Origin: Thermomicrobiales bacterium
Lineage (GTDB): Bacteria > Chloroflexota > Chloroflexia > Thermomicrobiales > CFX8
DNA: 64,000 nucleotides
Direction of reading: 5' to 3'
Assembly: GCA_023954495.1 (NCBI GenBank)
Contig: JAMLIA010000006.1
Location: 4,097 to 68,096, forward strand
The notes below the pieces were generated by a model that was not told where the DNA came from, did not search any database, and saw only the letters and a list, made by a program, of their open reading frames with translations. Below are positions 1 to 9,499 of the stretch, in pieces (positions within the stretch are counted from its first letter, which is position 1; every line of letters starts with the position of its first letter). The position numbers and the translations under genes were made by a program.

Positions 1-1
1 C

Positions 2-3000
2 GAGAGTGTCCTGTCGTCGCTGGACTGGCGGCTAGTCGGGCCGTACCGTGGTGGGCGTGTCGTCGCTGTCGCCGGTGATGTCTCAAGCCGCGAGACGTTC
101 TACTTCGGTGCGTGCGCGGGCGGTGTCTGGAAGACGACCGACGCAGGTGTCTTCTGGCACAACGTCTCCGATGGCTATTTCAAGACAAGCGCTGTTGGAG
201 CAATCGCCGTATCGCAATCTGACCCGAACGTTATCTACGTCGGCACGGGCGAAACCTCTATTCGCGGCGACGTTTCGCATGGCGATGGCGTCTACAAATC
301 GACCGATGGCGGAAAGACCTGGACGAACGTTGGTCTTGCCGACACGCGCCACATTGGCCGCGTCCGCATTCACCCGACGAACCCGGACATAGTCTACGTC
401 GCCGCGCTCGGCCATGTTTGGGGGACCAACGAAGAGCGCGGTGTTTTCCGCACCAAAGATGGCGGCAAGTCCTGGGAGAAGGTGCTCTACAAGAGCGATC
501 GCGCCGGTTCTCACGACCTCTGGCTCGATCCGTCGAATCCTCGTGTTCTGTACGCGTCGATCTGGCAGGCACAGCGACACCCCAACGCGTTGTCGTCCGG
601 CGGTGAAGACTCGGGTATCTGGAAGTCGACTGACGGCGGTGACACCTGGGTCGAGCTGACCCGCAAATCCGGTCTGCCGACCGACGCAGTGCTCGGCAAG
701 ATCGGCATCGCGTCATCTCCCGCGCAGCCGGAGCGGGTCTGGGCACTGATCGAAGCGGTCAACGGCGGGCTGTTCCGCTCCGATGATGGCGGCGAGACCT
801 GGGAGAAAGTCAACGTCGAGGCCAAGCTACGCACGCGCGCCTGGTACTACATGCATATCGTCCCCGATCCGCGCGATGCCAACACCGTCTACGTCATGAA
901 CTACAACTTCTGGAAGTCGATCGACGGCGGCACGACGTTCGAGGAAGTACCCTCGCGACACGGCGACGAGCACGACGTCTGGATCGATCCAAACGATACC
1001 CAGCGCATGATCAAGGGTGACGACGGTGGTGCAACAGTGTCGTTTGACGGCGGCCGCAGCTGGTCGACGATCCTGAATCAGCCAACTGCCCAGCTCTATC
1101 ACGTGACGACCGACGATGCGTTTCCGTTCCGGCTCTATGGATCGCAGCAGGACAACTCGGCGATCAGCATCCCGAGCGCCACTGTTGATGGCGCGATCCT
1201 TGAGCGCGACTGGTTTGCACCGGGCGGTGGCGAGTCGGGCTACATCGCGATCAAGCCGAGCAATCCGAACATTATCGTGGCCGGCGCGATTGGCTCCGGT
1301 AACTTCAACGGTCGCCTTATCCGCTTCGATCGCAGCACCGACCAGTGGAAAAACATCACGGTCTGGCCAGATGTTGCCGGTATGGGCAGCGGTGCCGAAG
1401 ACCTGAAGTACCGGTTCCAGTGGACCTACCCGATCTTCTACTCGCGGCATGAAGAGGACACCCTCTATGTCGCTGGTAACCACGTCTTCCGGTCGACTGA
1501 CGACGGTATGTCGTGGGAAGTCGTGTCGGATGATCTGACGCGCAACGATCCGACCAAGCTCGGACCGTCGGGCGGACCGATCACGAAGGACAATACCGGC
1601 GCTGAGGCGTATTGCACGATCTTCGCGCTGGCTGAGTCAATTCAGGAAGCCGGCACGCTCTGGGCTGGCACTGACGACGGGCTGGTCAAGATCAGCAAGG
1701 ATCGCGGCAAGACCTGGGCCGATATCACCCCATCGGATCTCCCCGAGTGGGCGTTGATCTCGATCATCGATCCTTCCCCGCACGACCCGGCGACGGCGTA
1801 TGTCGCAGCCACGCGCTACAAGCTGGATGACACGCAGCCGTATCTGTTCAAGACCAATGACTACGGCGCGACCTGGACGAAGATTACCGATGGCATCCCT
1901 GACGGTGAGTTCACGCGCACGATCCGCGAGGATCCGGCGCAAAAGGGCTTGTTGTTCGCAGGCACCGAGACCAGCGCATACGTCTCATTCAATGATGGCG
2001 AGACGTGGGAGCGCCTGGGCGGCAACGTGCCGGTTGCTCCAATCTACGACCTGATCATCAAGGACAACAGTCTGGTCGTCGCGACTCATGGCCGATCGTT
2101 CTGGATGCTGGACGATCTCACCCCGTTGCGCAATGTCGCGGGCGGCGCTGCCGCTGGCGAAGTTGTGTTGTTTGCCCTCCCGACGAAGGTGCGCTTCTCG
2201 TTGCGCGAAGGGTTTGGCAGCACCCCACGCAAGGGCTACGCGGCCTACCAGGGTGTGAACACGAGCCAGGTTGCTTACCACGAGACCGAACGACCGGACG
2301 GCACCAAGCAGAAGGTCATGCTCGACGGTGGTGACAATCCGTTCGAGGGTGTGGTCGTCACCTACTACCTCGCATCGGAGCCGAAGGAAGCGATCGAACT
2401 GGTCGTTGTCGATAGCAATGGCGATGTCGTTCGCACCATTCGTGGCGAGCAGGCGGAGAAGACACCAACGGGCCAGATTGTCCCCGGCAAGATTGGGGTC
2501 AATCGCGTCTATTGGGATATGCGCTACGAACCGGCTGTAACGCTGGAGGGCCAGAGCCTTTCCGGCTGGGGCGCGCCGGTTGGACCGCGTGTCCTTCCCG
2601 GTGAGTACACGGTCCGTCTGACAGTTGACGGAACGGCCTACGAGCAGTCGTTGACGATCGCCCCGGACCCGCGGCTGGACACTCCCGTCGAGGCTCTGCA
2701 GGAACAGCTCGACCTGCTGCTGAAGATCCGCGACCGGTTGAGCGACACGAACAACGCTGTCACGCGCGTTCGCACCGTCCGAACCCAGATCGAGGACTGG
2801 GAGAAGCGGGTTGAAGGAACAGACGCTGCCGAATCGGTTTCGTCCGCTGGCAAGGAGGCCCGCGAAGCACTCAGTGGTATCGAGACCGAGCTGATCGACA
2901 CGACCAGCGACAGCCCGTTGATGGCACCGGCGCGGCTCTTTGACAAGCTGAATGCCTTGACGGAGTTTGTCGCCAGCGCCGATAGCGCGACACCGAAGCA

Positions 3001-3133
3001 GGGCCACGAAGTGTTCGAGGATCTCTCGACCCGTCTGGATGACCTGCTGGAGACGCTGGATGGCATCATCAGCAGCAAGGTCCGCGCGTTCAACGACGCG
3101 GTCCAGGCTGCGAAGCTGCCGCCCGTCGGCTAG
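2..3133 (+). CDS. BNR/Asp-box repeat (sortilin/VPS10-like) beta-propeller protein, glycosidase-like; 5' end lies outside the window
   Basis: Frame 2 is open from nt 2 and translates as ...GGVWKTTDAGVFW..., ...YKSTDGGKTWTNV..., ...FRTKDGGKSWEKV..., continuing into ORF 482..3133. The S/T-x-D-G-G-x-T-W Asp-box motif recurs more than 8 times. The stop is TAG at 3131..3133. Confidence 0.85.
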   Translation, partial: ESVLSSLDWRLVGPYRGGRVVAVAGDVSSRETFYFGACAGGVWKTTDAGVFWHNVSDGYFKTSAVGAIAVSQSDPNVIYVGTGETSIRGDVSHGDGVYKSTDGGKTWTNVGLADTRHIGRVRIHPTNPDIVYVAALGHVWGTNEERGVFRTKDGGKSWEKVLYKSDRAGSHDLWLDPSNPRVLYASIWQAQRHPNALSSGGEDSGIWKSTDGGDTWVELTRKSGLPTDAVLGKIGIASSPAQPERVWALIEAVNGGLFRSDDGGETWEKVNVEAKLRTRAWYYMHIVPDPRDANTVYVMNYNFWKSIDGGTTFEEVPSRHGDEHDVWIDPNDTQRMIKGDDGGATVSFDGGRSWSTILNQPTAQLYHVTTDDAFPFRLYGSQQDNSAISIPSATVDGAILERDWFAPGGGESGYIAIKPSNPNIIVAGAIGSGNFNGRLIRFDRSTDQWKNITVWPDVAGMGSGAEDLKYRFQWTYPIFYSRHEEDTLYVAGNHVFRSTDDGMSWEVVSDDLTRNDPTKLGPSGGPITKDNTGAEAYCTIFALAESIQEAGTLWAGTDDGLVKISKDRGKTWADITPSDLPEWALISIIDPSPHDPATAYVAATRYKLDDTQPYLFKTNDYGATWTKITDGIPDGEFTRTIREDPAQKGLLFAGTETSAYVSFNDGETWERLGGNVPVAPIYDLIIKDNSLVVATHGRSFWMLDDLTPLRNVAGGAAAGEVVLFALPTKVRFSLREGFGSTPRKGYAAYQGVNTSQVAYHETERPDGTKQKVMLDGGDNPFEGVVVTYYLASEPKEAIELVVVDSNGDVVRTIRGEQAEKTPTGQIVPGKIGVNRVYWDMRYEPAVTLEGQSLSGWGAPVGPRVLPGEYTVRLTVDGTAYEQSLTIAPDPRLDTPVEALQEQLDLLLKIRDRLSDTNNAVTRVRTVRTQIEDWEKRVEGTDAAESVSSAGKEAREALSGIETELIDTTSDSPLMAPARLFDKLNALTEFVASADSATPKQGHEVFEDLSTRLDDLLETLDGIISSKVRAFNDAVQAAKLPPVG

Positions 3134-3152
3134 TTTGTCCAGGTTCACGGCA

Positions 3153-3197
3153 AGATGATGAACGCCACCAGCATTACGCTGGTGGCGTTCATCATCT
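3153..3197. terminator. Perfect 20-bp inverted repeat with a 5-nt loop, likely a bidirectional terminator between convergent genes
   Basis: agatgatgaacgccaccagc-attac-gctggtggcgttcatcatct, followed by gtttcg. It lies between the BNR gene stop (3133) and the solute-binding protein gene stop (3218). Confidence 0.7.
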
Positions 3198-3217
3198 GTT
3201 TCGCGAGGGTCGAAGCG

Positions 3218-4498
3218 TCAGCGCTTCAGAATCTCCTTCGTCTGCGTCTCGGCAGTCTGAATCGCGTCATCCAGCGACTTGGTGCCGAAGAAGGCGACGT
3301 AGATCTCCTCGTTGATGATCGACTCGATCTCCGGCCACTCCGCGATGGCGGGCAGGCTCACCAGGCTCGGGCCGAGATCGAGGAAGATCTGGCTGTTGGC
3401 CGGCGATTTGCCCGGATCGAGGAAGGCGTCCGATTCAGCAACGGAAATGAGTGACGGTACGGTTCGACCGACTTGAGCGGCAACGGTCTGCCCGCCCGGA
3501 CCGATGGCGTATTCAACAAACTTCCAGGCTGCGTCCTTATGCTTGGCATCCTTAGGAATGCAGAACGCATCGCTGTGCAAGGTCGATGCCTGGGTCACGT
3601 CAGCCGGCGGCGGCGCGACATCCCACTCGAAGCCGTCGATCGAGCGGAATACCGGTGTCGAGCGGCGGCTGTTCAGCACCATCGCGATGCTGCCATCCAT
3701 GAAGCGGCTGTCCGGATCCTGCGCGGTGTATGACGCTTCGTCAGGAACGACGCCATGCTCCAGGTTCAAGTCGATGAAGAATTGCAGCGCCTCGCGGGTT
3801 GTCTCGGTGTCGAAGGTGATGCTGGTCGGGTCGTTCGGATCGGCCAACAGGCCACCGCCGTGCGACCAGATGAACGGCGCGGCACGAATGATCGACGGCT
3901 CGAAGCCGAGTCCCCAGACGTCGGTCTTGCCATCGCCATCGGTGTCGCGCGTCAGCGCCTTGGCGGTCTCGACAAAGTCATCCCACGTCCAGTCGTTCGC
4001 CGGCAGCGGGACTCCAGCCTCCTCGAACATCGTCTTGTTGTAGTAGACGACCAGGCTGGACTGGTTGAACGGAATGCACTGCAGCGTATCGTCCCAGGTG
4101 AACGCGTCCATCGGGACGTCGAAGTACTGGTCGGCGCTCAGGTCGTCCGAATCCTCCAGCATCGGGCCCAGTGGCTCAAGGACGCCCTTCTCGACAAACT
4201 GGCCGTTGTGCCGATAGTTGACCAGGAAGACATCCGGCGGACTGCCGCTGGCGAACGAGGCCGACAGGCGCGAGAGGAACGTCTTGCGATCCGGGATCGC
4301 ATTGAGCGTCACTTCGGCGTCCGGGTTCTCCTCAACGTAGGCGTCAATGATTGATTGATATGCCTCGGATTCCTCCGGATCTGCCCAGACCTGCCAGGTG
4401 ATGGGTTCGTTGTCGGCACCACTATCACCTCCACAGGCAGCGATCAGAATAGATAGGCCGAGTAGCATCGACAGGACAATGCTGCTCCGTCGTCTCAT
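3218..4498 (-). CDS. Carbohydrate ABC transporter substrate-binding lipoprotein (family 1 SBP)
   Basis: 426-aa ORF. The N-terminus has a lipobox (LSILIAACGG). The overall composition is SBP_bac_1-like, and the gene lies directly downstream of two MalF/MalG-type permease genes. Confidence 0.9.
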   Translation of the reverse strand: MRRRSSIVLSMLLGLSILIAACGGDSGADNEPITWQVWADPEESEAYQSIIDAYVEENPDAEVTLNAIPDRKTFLSRLSASFASGSPPDVFLVNYRHNGQFVEKGVLEPLGPMLEDSDDLSADQYFDVPMDAFTWDDTLQCIPFNQSSLVVYYNKTMFEEAGVPLPANDWTWDDFVETAKALTRDTDGDGKTDVWGLGFEPSIIRAAPFIWSHGGGLLADPNDPTSITFDTETTREALQFFIDLNLEHGVVPDEASYTAQDPDSRFMDGSIAMVLNSRRSTPVFRSIDGFEWDVAPPPADVTQASTLHSDAFCIPKDAKHKDAAWKFVEYAIGPGGQTVAAQVGRTVPSLISVAESDAFLDPGKSPANSQIFLDLGPSLVSLPAIAEWPEIESIINEEIYVAFFGTKSLDDAIQTAETQTKEILKR

Positions 4499-4561
4499 CT
4501 GGTCCCCTTTTCCCCCTGACGGATGCGCACGTCAGGTAATACAAGAGGGGCACCTTTTCCG

Positions 4562-5455
4562 CTAGCGGAATGGGTTCCCCTCGTCATACTCACGCAGGAA
4601 GTGGCGCTGCGCCACGATGAAGACCGCAATCGCGGGGATGGTCACCAGGACGGCGGCGGCCATCATGAGCGGCCAGTCACTCGGATGCAACTGCTGGAGT
4701 CCCTGCAAAGCCACGGGAAGCGTATACCATTTTGGGTCATTGATATAGAGCAAAGGGTCCAGAAAATTCCCCCAATGGCGCTCGAACGACAGTACGGTGA
4801 CCGCCAGTAATCCTGGTCGCACCTGCGGAATGCCGATAGACCACCAGGTGCGAAACGGTCCAGCGCCGTCGATGCGCGCCGCCTCGAACGCTTCTTGCGG
4901 AACACGGCGAAACGCCCAGAACATGATCAGGACATACAGCGGGCTGCTGCCCATCAGCCCCGGCACGATCAGCGCGCCGAGTGTGTCCAGCACTCCGAGC
5001 CACTTGTAGACCATGAACCGTGTCAGCCAGACCGACATGACCGGGACCATCAGGGCTGCGACGAGGACTGCGACAAACGCATCCCGCCAGCGCTTCGAGA
5101 GCTGCGTCATCGCGAAACCGGCCATGGACGTCGTGAGCAACGTGAGTGGCACGACGGCGATGACGACGATGGCGGAGTTGAGCGCGTAACGGGCCATCGG
5201 CACGATGCGGAAGATGTCGCGATAGTTTCGGAACGTTGCCGGAGCGGGCCACCATTGTATCTGCGCCGGTGTCGGTAGTCCGGTCGGGCGCAGCGACGCG
5301 ATGACGAGCCAGACGAGCGGGATGAGAAACAGCGCCGCAACGACCGCCGCAGCGAGGGGGCGAAGGATCGACAGCCGACTGCGACGGCGTCCGGAAGCGT
5401 TGCGCAGCGTCGAGTCAATCAAAGTAGGCCAGCTTCCAGCGGCGCACGACAGCAA
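4562..5455 (-). CDS. Carbohydrate ABC transporter permease (MalG-like)
   Basis: 297-aa multi-TM ORF with an EAA-loop-like motif (EAARIDGAGPFRTWWSIGIP). The start is uncertain; TTG at 5422 is an alternative. Confidence 0.88.
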   Translation of the reverse strand: MLSCAAGSWPTLIDSTLRNASGRRRSRLSILRPLAAAVVAALFLIPLVWLVIASLRPTGLPTPAQIQWWPAPATFRNYRDIFRIVPMARYALNSAIVVIAVVPLTLLTTSMAGFAMTQLSKRWRDAFVAVLVAALMVPVMSVWLTRFMVYKWLGVLDTLGALIVPGLMGSSPLYVLIMFWAFRRVPQEAFEAARIDGAGPFRTWWSIGIPQVRPGLLAVTVLSFERHWGNFLDPLLYINDPKWYTLPVALQGLQQLHPSDWPLMMAAAVLVTIPAIAVFIVAQRHFLREYDEGNPFR

Positions 5456-6266
5456 ACTGCAGCGCGATTGCGATGCCGGTAATCAGGTAGAGCACTAATG
5501 TCATCGCCGACGCGTAGCCGAAGCGGTGGTAGTCGATCGCGTTTTGCCAGATCCAGAATGGCAGGTAGCTGGTTGCGTAATATGGGCCGCCGTTAGTCAG
5601 GACGACCGTCGCGACGAAGTTGGCCTGGAAGCTGTGAATCGTGTCGCGGAAGACAACCAGCAGGAGCATCGGTGCGAGCAGCGGCAGCGTTACCCGCGTC
5701 ATGATCTGCCAGCGCCCTGCGCCGTCGATCGCCGCTGCTTCCATCATCTCGCGCGGAATGTCCTGCAGCGCGGCCATGAGTAGCACGAACCCCTCACCGA
5801 GTGTCCAGAACAGCGCGATGACGATGGCGATTTGGGCCGAGGTTCCGCCGAGCAGCCATCCGGCCGGCGCGGCACCTGACCCGCCAAACAGCGGCAGAAG
5901 GAAGTTCAGCGGGCCGAAGAGCGGGTTGAAGATGTAGAGCCAGAGCAGCACGTAGGCGATGTCGGGGACGACCGTCGGCGCGTAGACCGAGCCGCGGAAG
6001 AACGTCATCATCCTGCCGGGTCGATGCATCAGGAGCGCGAAGATGAGCGCGCCAAGCAGCCGCAACGGAACTGCCAGCACAACGTAGATGAGTGACGCCC
6101 GCAGGCCGTTGAAGAAGCGGCCGTCGTGCAGCATCTCGCGGATGTTCTTCAGGCCGACCCAGTCCGGTGAGGTGAGCGCGTCGTAGTTCGTGAAGGCGAG
6201 CGGCACGGTCATCAGCGCCGGGATGATGATGAGCAGCAACAGTCCGATCAGAACCGGACTCAGCAT
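5415..6266 (-). CDS. Carbohydrate ABC transporter permease (MalF-like)
   Basis: 283-aa multi-TM ORF with an EAA loop (EAAAIDGAGRWQIMTRVTLP). The N-terminus may begin further upstream at a non-canonical start. Confidence 0.88.
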   Translation of the reverse strand: MLSPVLIGLLLLIIIPALMTVPLAFTNYDALTSPDWVGLKNIREMLHDGRFFNGLRASLIYVVLAVPLRLLGALIFALLMHRPGRMMTFFRGSVYAPTVVPDIAYVLLWLYIFNPLFGPLNFLLPLFGGSGAAPAGWLLGGTSAQIAIVIALFWTLGEGFVLLMAALQDIPREMMEAAAIDGAGRWQIMTRVTLPLLAPMLLLVVFRDTIHSFQANFVATVVLTNGGPYYATSYLPFWIWQNAIDYHRFGYASAMTLVLYLITGIAIALQFAVVRRWKLAYFD

Positions 6267-6433
6267 CGCGGCGAGTTGCAGGTTCCGGCTGCGACCGAGA
6301 TGGCGACGAGGTCGCCGTTGGCGTGGCTTCGATTGTCTGGCCGGTGGGCTAGCAGTAGACAGTGACGCACTCCCCTCTGTCGCGTCCTCGACCTGGAGAG
6401 TATGTCATCTGAGGTGACCGGTGCAGTCCGCAG

Positions 6434-7663
6434 TCACGCATCACCTGCCGGAGCGCTCACCAGATCAGGTTGCGAAACTCTCTGTCTGGGGATGTCAATC
6501 TTCTGTGTGTAGTAGATCGACAGCAGGACGAACGCCGTGCCGAACAGGAACGGGAATTGATACCCCAGTTGCGTCCAGAGCGCCGCGCCAAAGATCGGTA
6601 CGGCCACGGCGGCGACGTGAGCCCATGACACACCCATCGCCAGGCTCGGAGCGATGTCTTCTTTGCGCGCGATCTTGCGCAGGTAGGTTGTGGTCCCGAT
6701 CGAGAATGTGTACAGGAAGTTGTAGCCGAGGTAGAAGAGATAGAGCATCCAGACATTCTGTGACAATGCGAAGCCCAGAAACACGACGAAGTGGCCGCAG
6801 TAGTTGATGGTGAGCATGCGCCGTTCGCCGTAGCGGTCAATGAGCCCGCCGATCCAGCCAGCGGTCCGCCAATTAATCAGCCCGGCGATGATCAGCAGCG
6901 AGGTGATGGCCAACGCGCTGACCCCGAACTGCTCGACCAACACGAACGGGGCGAAGGCGAAGTAGATCTCCTGCCGACAGCCATCCAGGAACGACAGCAG
7001 GTAGTACAACCAGTACTCACGCTTCAGCATCAGCTTGCGCGAGGTGTCGCGTTGCTCGTCAGCATCGACAGGGAAGCGCAGGACCGTCACAGCTCCGATC
7101 ACCGCGCTGACCCCAGCCACCACAAAGACAACGCGGAAGATCGATCCCTGGACGCTTTCAAGGGTCTCGGCCAGACGACCGGCGATCAGCAACGTCATCA
7201 GGACGGCGATCATGCCCAGCATACGACCGGCAAAGCCGACCGAGCTAATACGTCCGAGGACGCTGCCTTCCTGCCCCTGTTTGGCGATGCTCAGCCCGAG
7301 AGCGTATTGCATCTGCATCCACGAGTGGAAGCCGATGCTGCCAACGACGGCGGCGATGATGACAGCCGTAAACGTGTACGTCAGAGCAAACGATGCATAG
7401 CCGATACCCATGATGAGCAGAGCGAGGGCCGTCGCCCGGGCAGCACCGAGGCGCAGCAGGATCGCGGCGACGAAGGCCAGCAGAAAGCCCGGCAGCTCAC
7501 GGAACGCAACGAGATAGCCGTTTTGCGCACCATCCATGCCGATCTCTTCCCGGAAGAAGTTCGGCGACACGGACTGGTTGAATCCCATTGAAAGGCTGAC
7601 AGAGAACGCCGTGATTGCCAGGATGACGAATCCCCGTCGAAACTGTTGGTCAGACATGCCCAC
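6434..7663 (-). CDS. MFS transporter
   Basis: 409-aa ORF with about 12 hydrophobic segments and MFS-like charged loops. It is the last gene of the amidase operon. Confidence 0.8.
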   Translation of the reverse strand: MGMSDQQFRRGFVILAITAFSVSLSMGFNQSVSPNFFREEIGMDGAQNGYLVAFRELPGFLLAFVAAILLRLGAARATALALLIMGIGYASFALTYTFTAVIIAAVVGSIGFHSWMQMQYALGLSIAKQGQEGSVLGRISSVGFAGRMLGMIAVLMTLLIAGRLAETLESVQGSIFRVVFVVAGVSAVIGAVTVLRFPVDADEQRDTSRKLMLKREYWLYYLLSFLDGCRQEIYFAFAPFVLVEQFGVSALAITSLLIIAGLINWRTAGWIGGLIDRYGERRMLTINYCGHFVVFLGFALSQNVWMLYLFYLGYNFLYTFSIGTTTYLRKIARKEDIAPSLAMGVSWAHVAAVAVPIFGAALWTQLGYQFPFLFGTAFVLLSIYYTQKIDIPRQRVSQPDLVSAPAGDA

Positions 7664-7860
7664 TCGCGCGATTCCTCCCCCTGCACACGTACGATTCGGC
7701 AGCGCTCACATCGTGTTCGTGAACGCTGCCGAATTGAAGGTTGCGTTGTGCGTGTGCGAACGGCGGATACGCCGCTGTATCGTACGGGCCAGCTCGGCCC
7801 AGTCAGGACGCGGTTCGCATGATCACTCCGACGGGATGGTAGGCGCGAGCCGCTGTTGCG

Positions 7861-9258
7861 TCAATGTGCTGGCGTTTCGACTTCCGGCGCTTGCCGCCCA
7901 TTCCACGGGCCATCGCGTTCGATGACGCGGGCTGCACGGAAGACGAGCGACTCCATCCACGGGCGTCCCACAATTTGGGTCGCGACCGGGAGATTGTTCT
8001 CGCCGATCCCGACCGGCACGACCATTGCCGGCCAACCGAGGGCGTTGAACGCGCCAGTGAAGCGGGTGTTGCTCTGCACGACACCAATCGGCGGTGCTTC
8101 GTGCGGCATCCCCGGCAGGATCAGCAGATCCAGATCGGCCACGCGGTCTGCAACCCGCTCGCGCAGGATTGTGCGCGCCTGTTGGGCGCGGACAAACGTC
8201 ATCGGCGAATAGGCATAGGCAACGAGCATGCGATCGCGGGCGAAGTCGCCGAGCTCATCGAGGCGATGCTTGAGGAACTCCTCGTACGCCGCCGCGGCCT
8301 CGATGACGAGGATCGTGCCGTAGAGTGCGGAGAGTGCCGACACTTCCGGGATGGCGATCTCGACCAGCGTTGCGCCTGCATCGGCCAGCGCTGCCGCGCC
8401 CGCCTGCAATCCCTCCAGGACCGCCGGTGTGCCCATCGGGCCCGCGCCATCGTCGGTCAGCACGCCGATCTTCAGGCCACTGACGCCCTGCTCGATGGCG
8501 GCCGGGTAGTCATCGACCGGCACGCGGCGCGTTCGAGGATCACCAGCGTCGTAGCCGGCCATGGCTTGCAGCATGATCGCCGCGTCGCCAACGGACCGAC
8601 ACATCGGCCCCATATGATCGAGTGACCACGAGAGCGTCGCTGCCCCACGACCGCTGGCCCGTCCAAAAGTCGGCTTGATACCGGCGATGCCGCAGAGCGT
8701 CGAGGGCATGCGGATCGAACCGCCGGTGTCGGAGCCGGTCGCGCCGAGCACGAGTCCGGCGGCGACGGCAGCGCCCGAGCCACTGCTCGATCCGCCGCTG
8801 TCGTGGGCATGATTCCACGGATTTGCCACAGGGCCGTAATGGGAGTTGTTCGACGCCGGTGAGAAGGCGAACTCCGGCATATGGGTCTTGCCGACGATGA
8901 CAGCGCCAGCGGCATCAAGCAATCGCACGACTTCGCTGTCCTCAGTCGCCACTTTGTCGGCCAGCACGCGAGAACCTGCCGGCGTCGTCTCGCCCTGCAT
9001 GTCCATCAGGTCCTTCACCGCCAGCGGGATACCGTGGAGCGGCCCGCGGTAGTCGCCGCGACCGATGGCCTCCTCGGCTGCTCGCGCCTGGGCGAGCGCA
9101 CGATCCGGTGTCGTCGTCCGGAAGGCGTTCAGAACCGGGTTCGTGCGCTCAATCTCCGCGAGCGACGCTTCTGCCAATTCGACCGGCGACACCTCGCCGC
9201 GCTGAATGAGCGCCGCGACCTCGGCGATCGACTTCCGAAGGAGTGCACGATCAGCCAC
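7861..9258 (-). CDS. Amidase-signature family amidase (GatA/AtzE-like)
   Basis: 465-aa ORF with the amidase signature GGSSSGSGAAVAAG and the GSDTGGSIRMPS motif. It starts at GTG behind an AAGGAGG RBS. Confidence 0.9.
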   Translation of the reverse strand: MADRALLRKSIAEVAALIQRGEVSPVELAEASLAEIERTNPVLNAFRTTTPDRALAQARAAEEAIGRGDYRGPLHGIPLAVKDLMDMQGETTPAGSRVLADKVATEDSEVVRLLDAAGAVIVGKTHMPEFAFSPASNNSHYGPVANPWNHAHDSGGSSSGSGAAVAAGLVLGATGSDTGGSIRMPSTLCGIAGIKPTFGRASGRGAATLSWSLDHMGPMCRSVGDAAIMLQAMAGYDAGDPRTRRVPVDDYPAAIEQGVSGLKIGVLTDDGAGPMGTPAVLEGLQAGAAALADAGATLVEIAIPEVSALSALYGTILVIEAAAAYEEFLKHRLDELGDFARDRMLVAYAYSPMTFVRAQQARTILRERVADRVADLDLLILPGMPHEAPPIGVVQSNTRFTGAFNALGWPAMVVPVGIGENNLPVATQIVGRPWMESLVFRAARVIERDGPWNGRQAPEVETPAH

Positions 9259-9478
9259 GATTCGCCTCCTTCGCTGGTGCTGCGATCAGCGGGTCGAGAT
9301 AGTCAGGAATCTCAACGCCGGTGACGATGTCGTCGATCATTTGCTCGACGGCCAGCGCGCGGGACAGGAAGCCGCGTTCGGCAGTGCGCTGAATGTCCTC
9401 GTCTGAAATAGCAATTCCGGCCGACTTTGTCGCCGCTTTCCAGCGCTCGATCATGGCCTGTTCTCGCTCGTCAGTCAT
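9251..9478 (-). CDS. Small GatC/AtzG-like protein, putative amidase partner subunit
   Basis: 75-aa ORF whose stop overlaps the amidase GTG start by 8 nt. A GAGGAG RBS lies upstream. The sequence has a GatC-like pattern (..AGIAISDEDIQRTAERGF....VEQMIDDIVTGVEIPDYLDP). Confidence 0.55.
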   Translation of the reverse strand: MTDEREQAMIERWKAATKSAGIAISDEDIQRTAERGFLSRALAVEQMIDDIVTGVEIPDYLDPLIAAPAKEANRG

Positions 9479-9499
9479 TCACCCCCCTGCTCCTCTGAA

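Noticed and set aside
1985-3148. 387-aa ORF on the minus strand
   Set aside because: It lies entirely antisense to the BNR-repeat gene. Its translation is Arg/Ala/Leu-rich low-complexity sequence typical of shadow ORFs in high-GC DNA, and it has no RBS.
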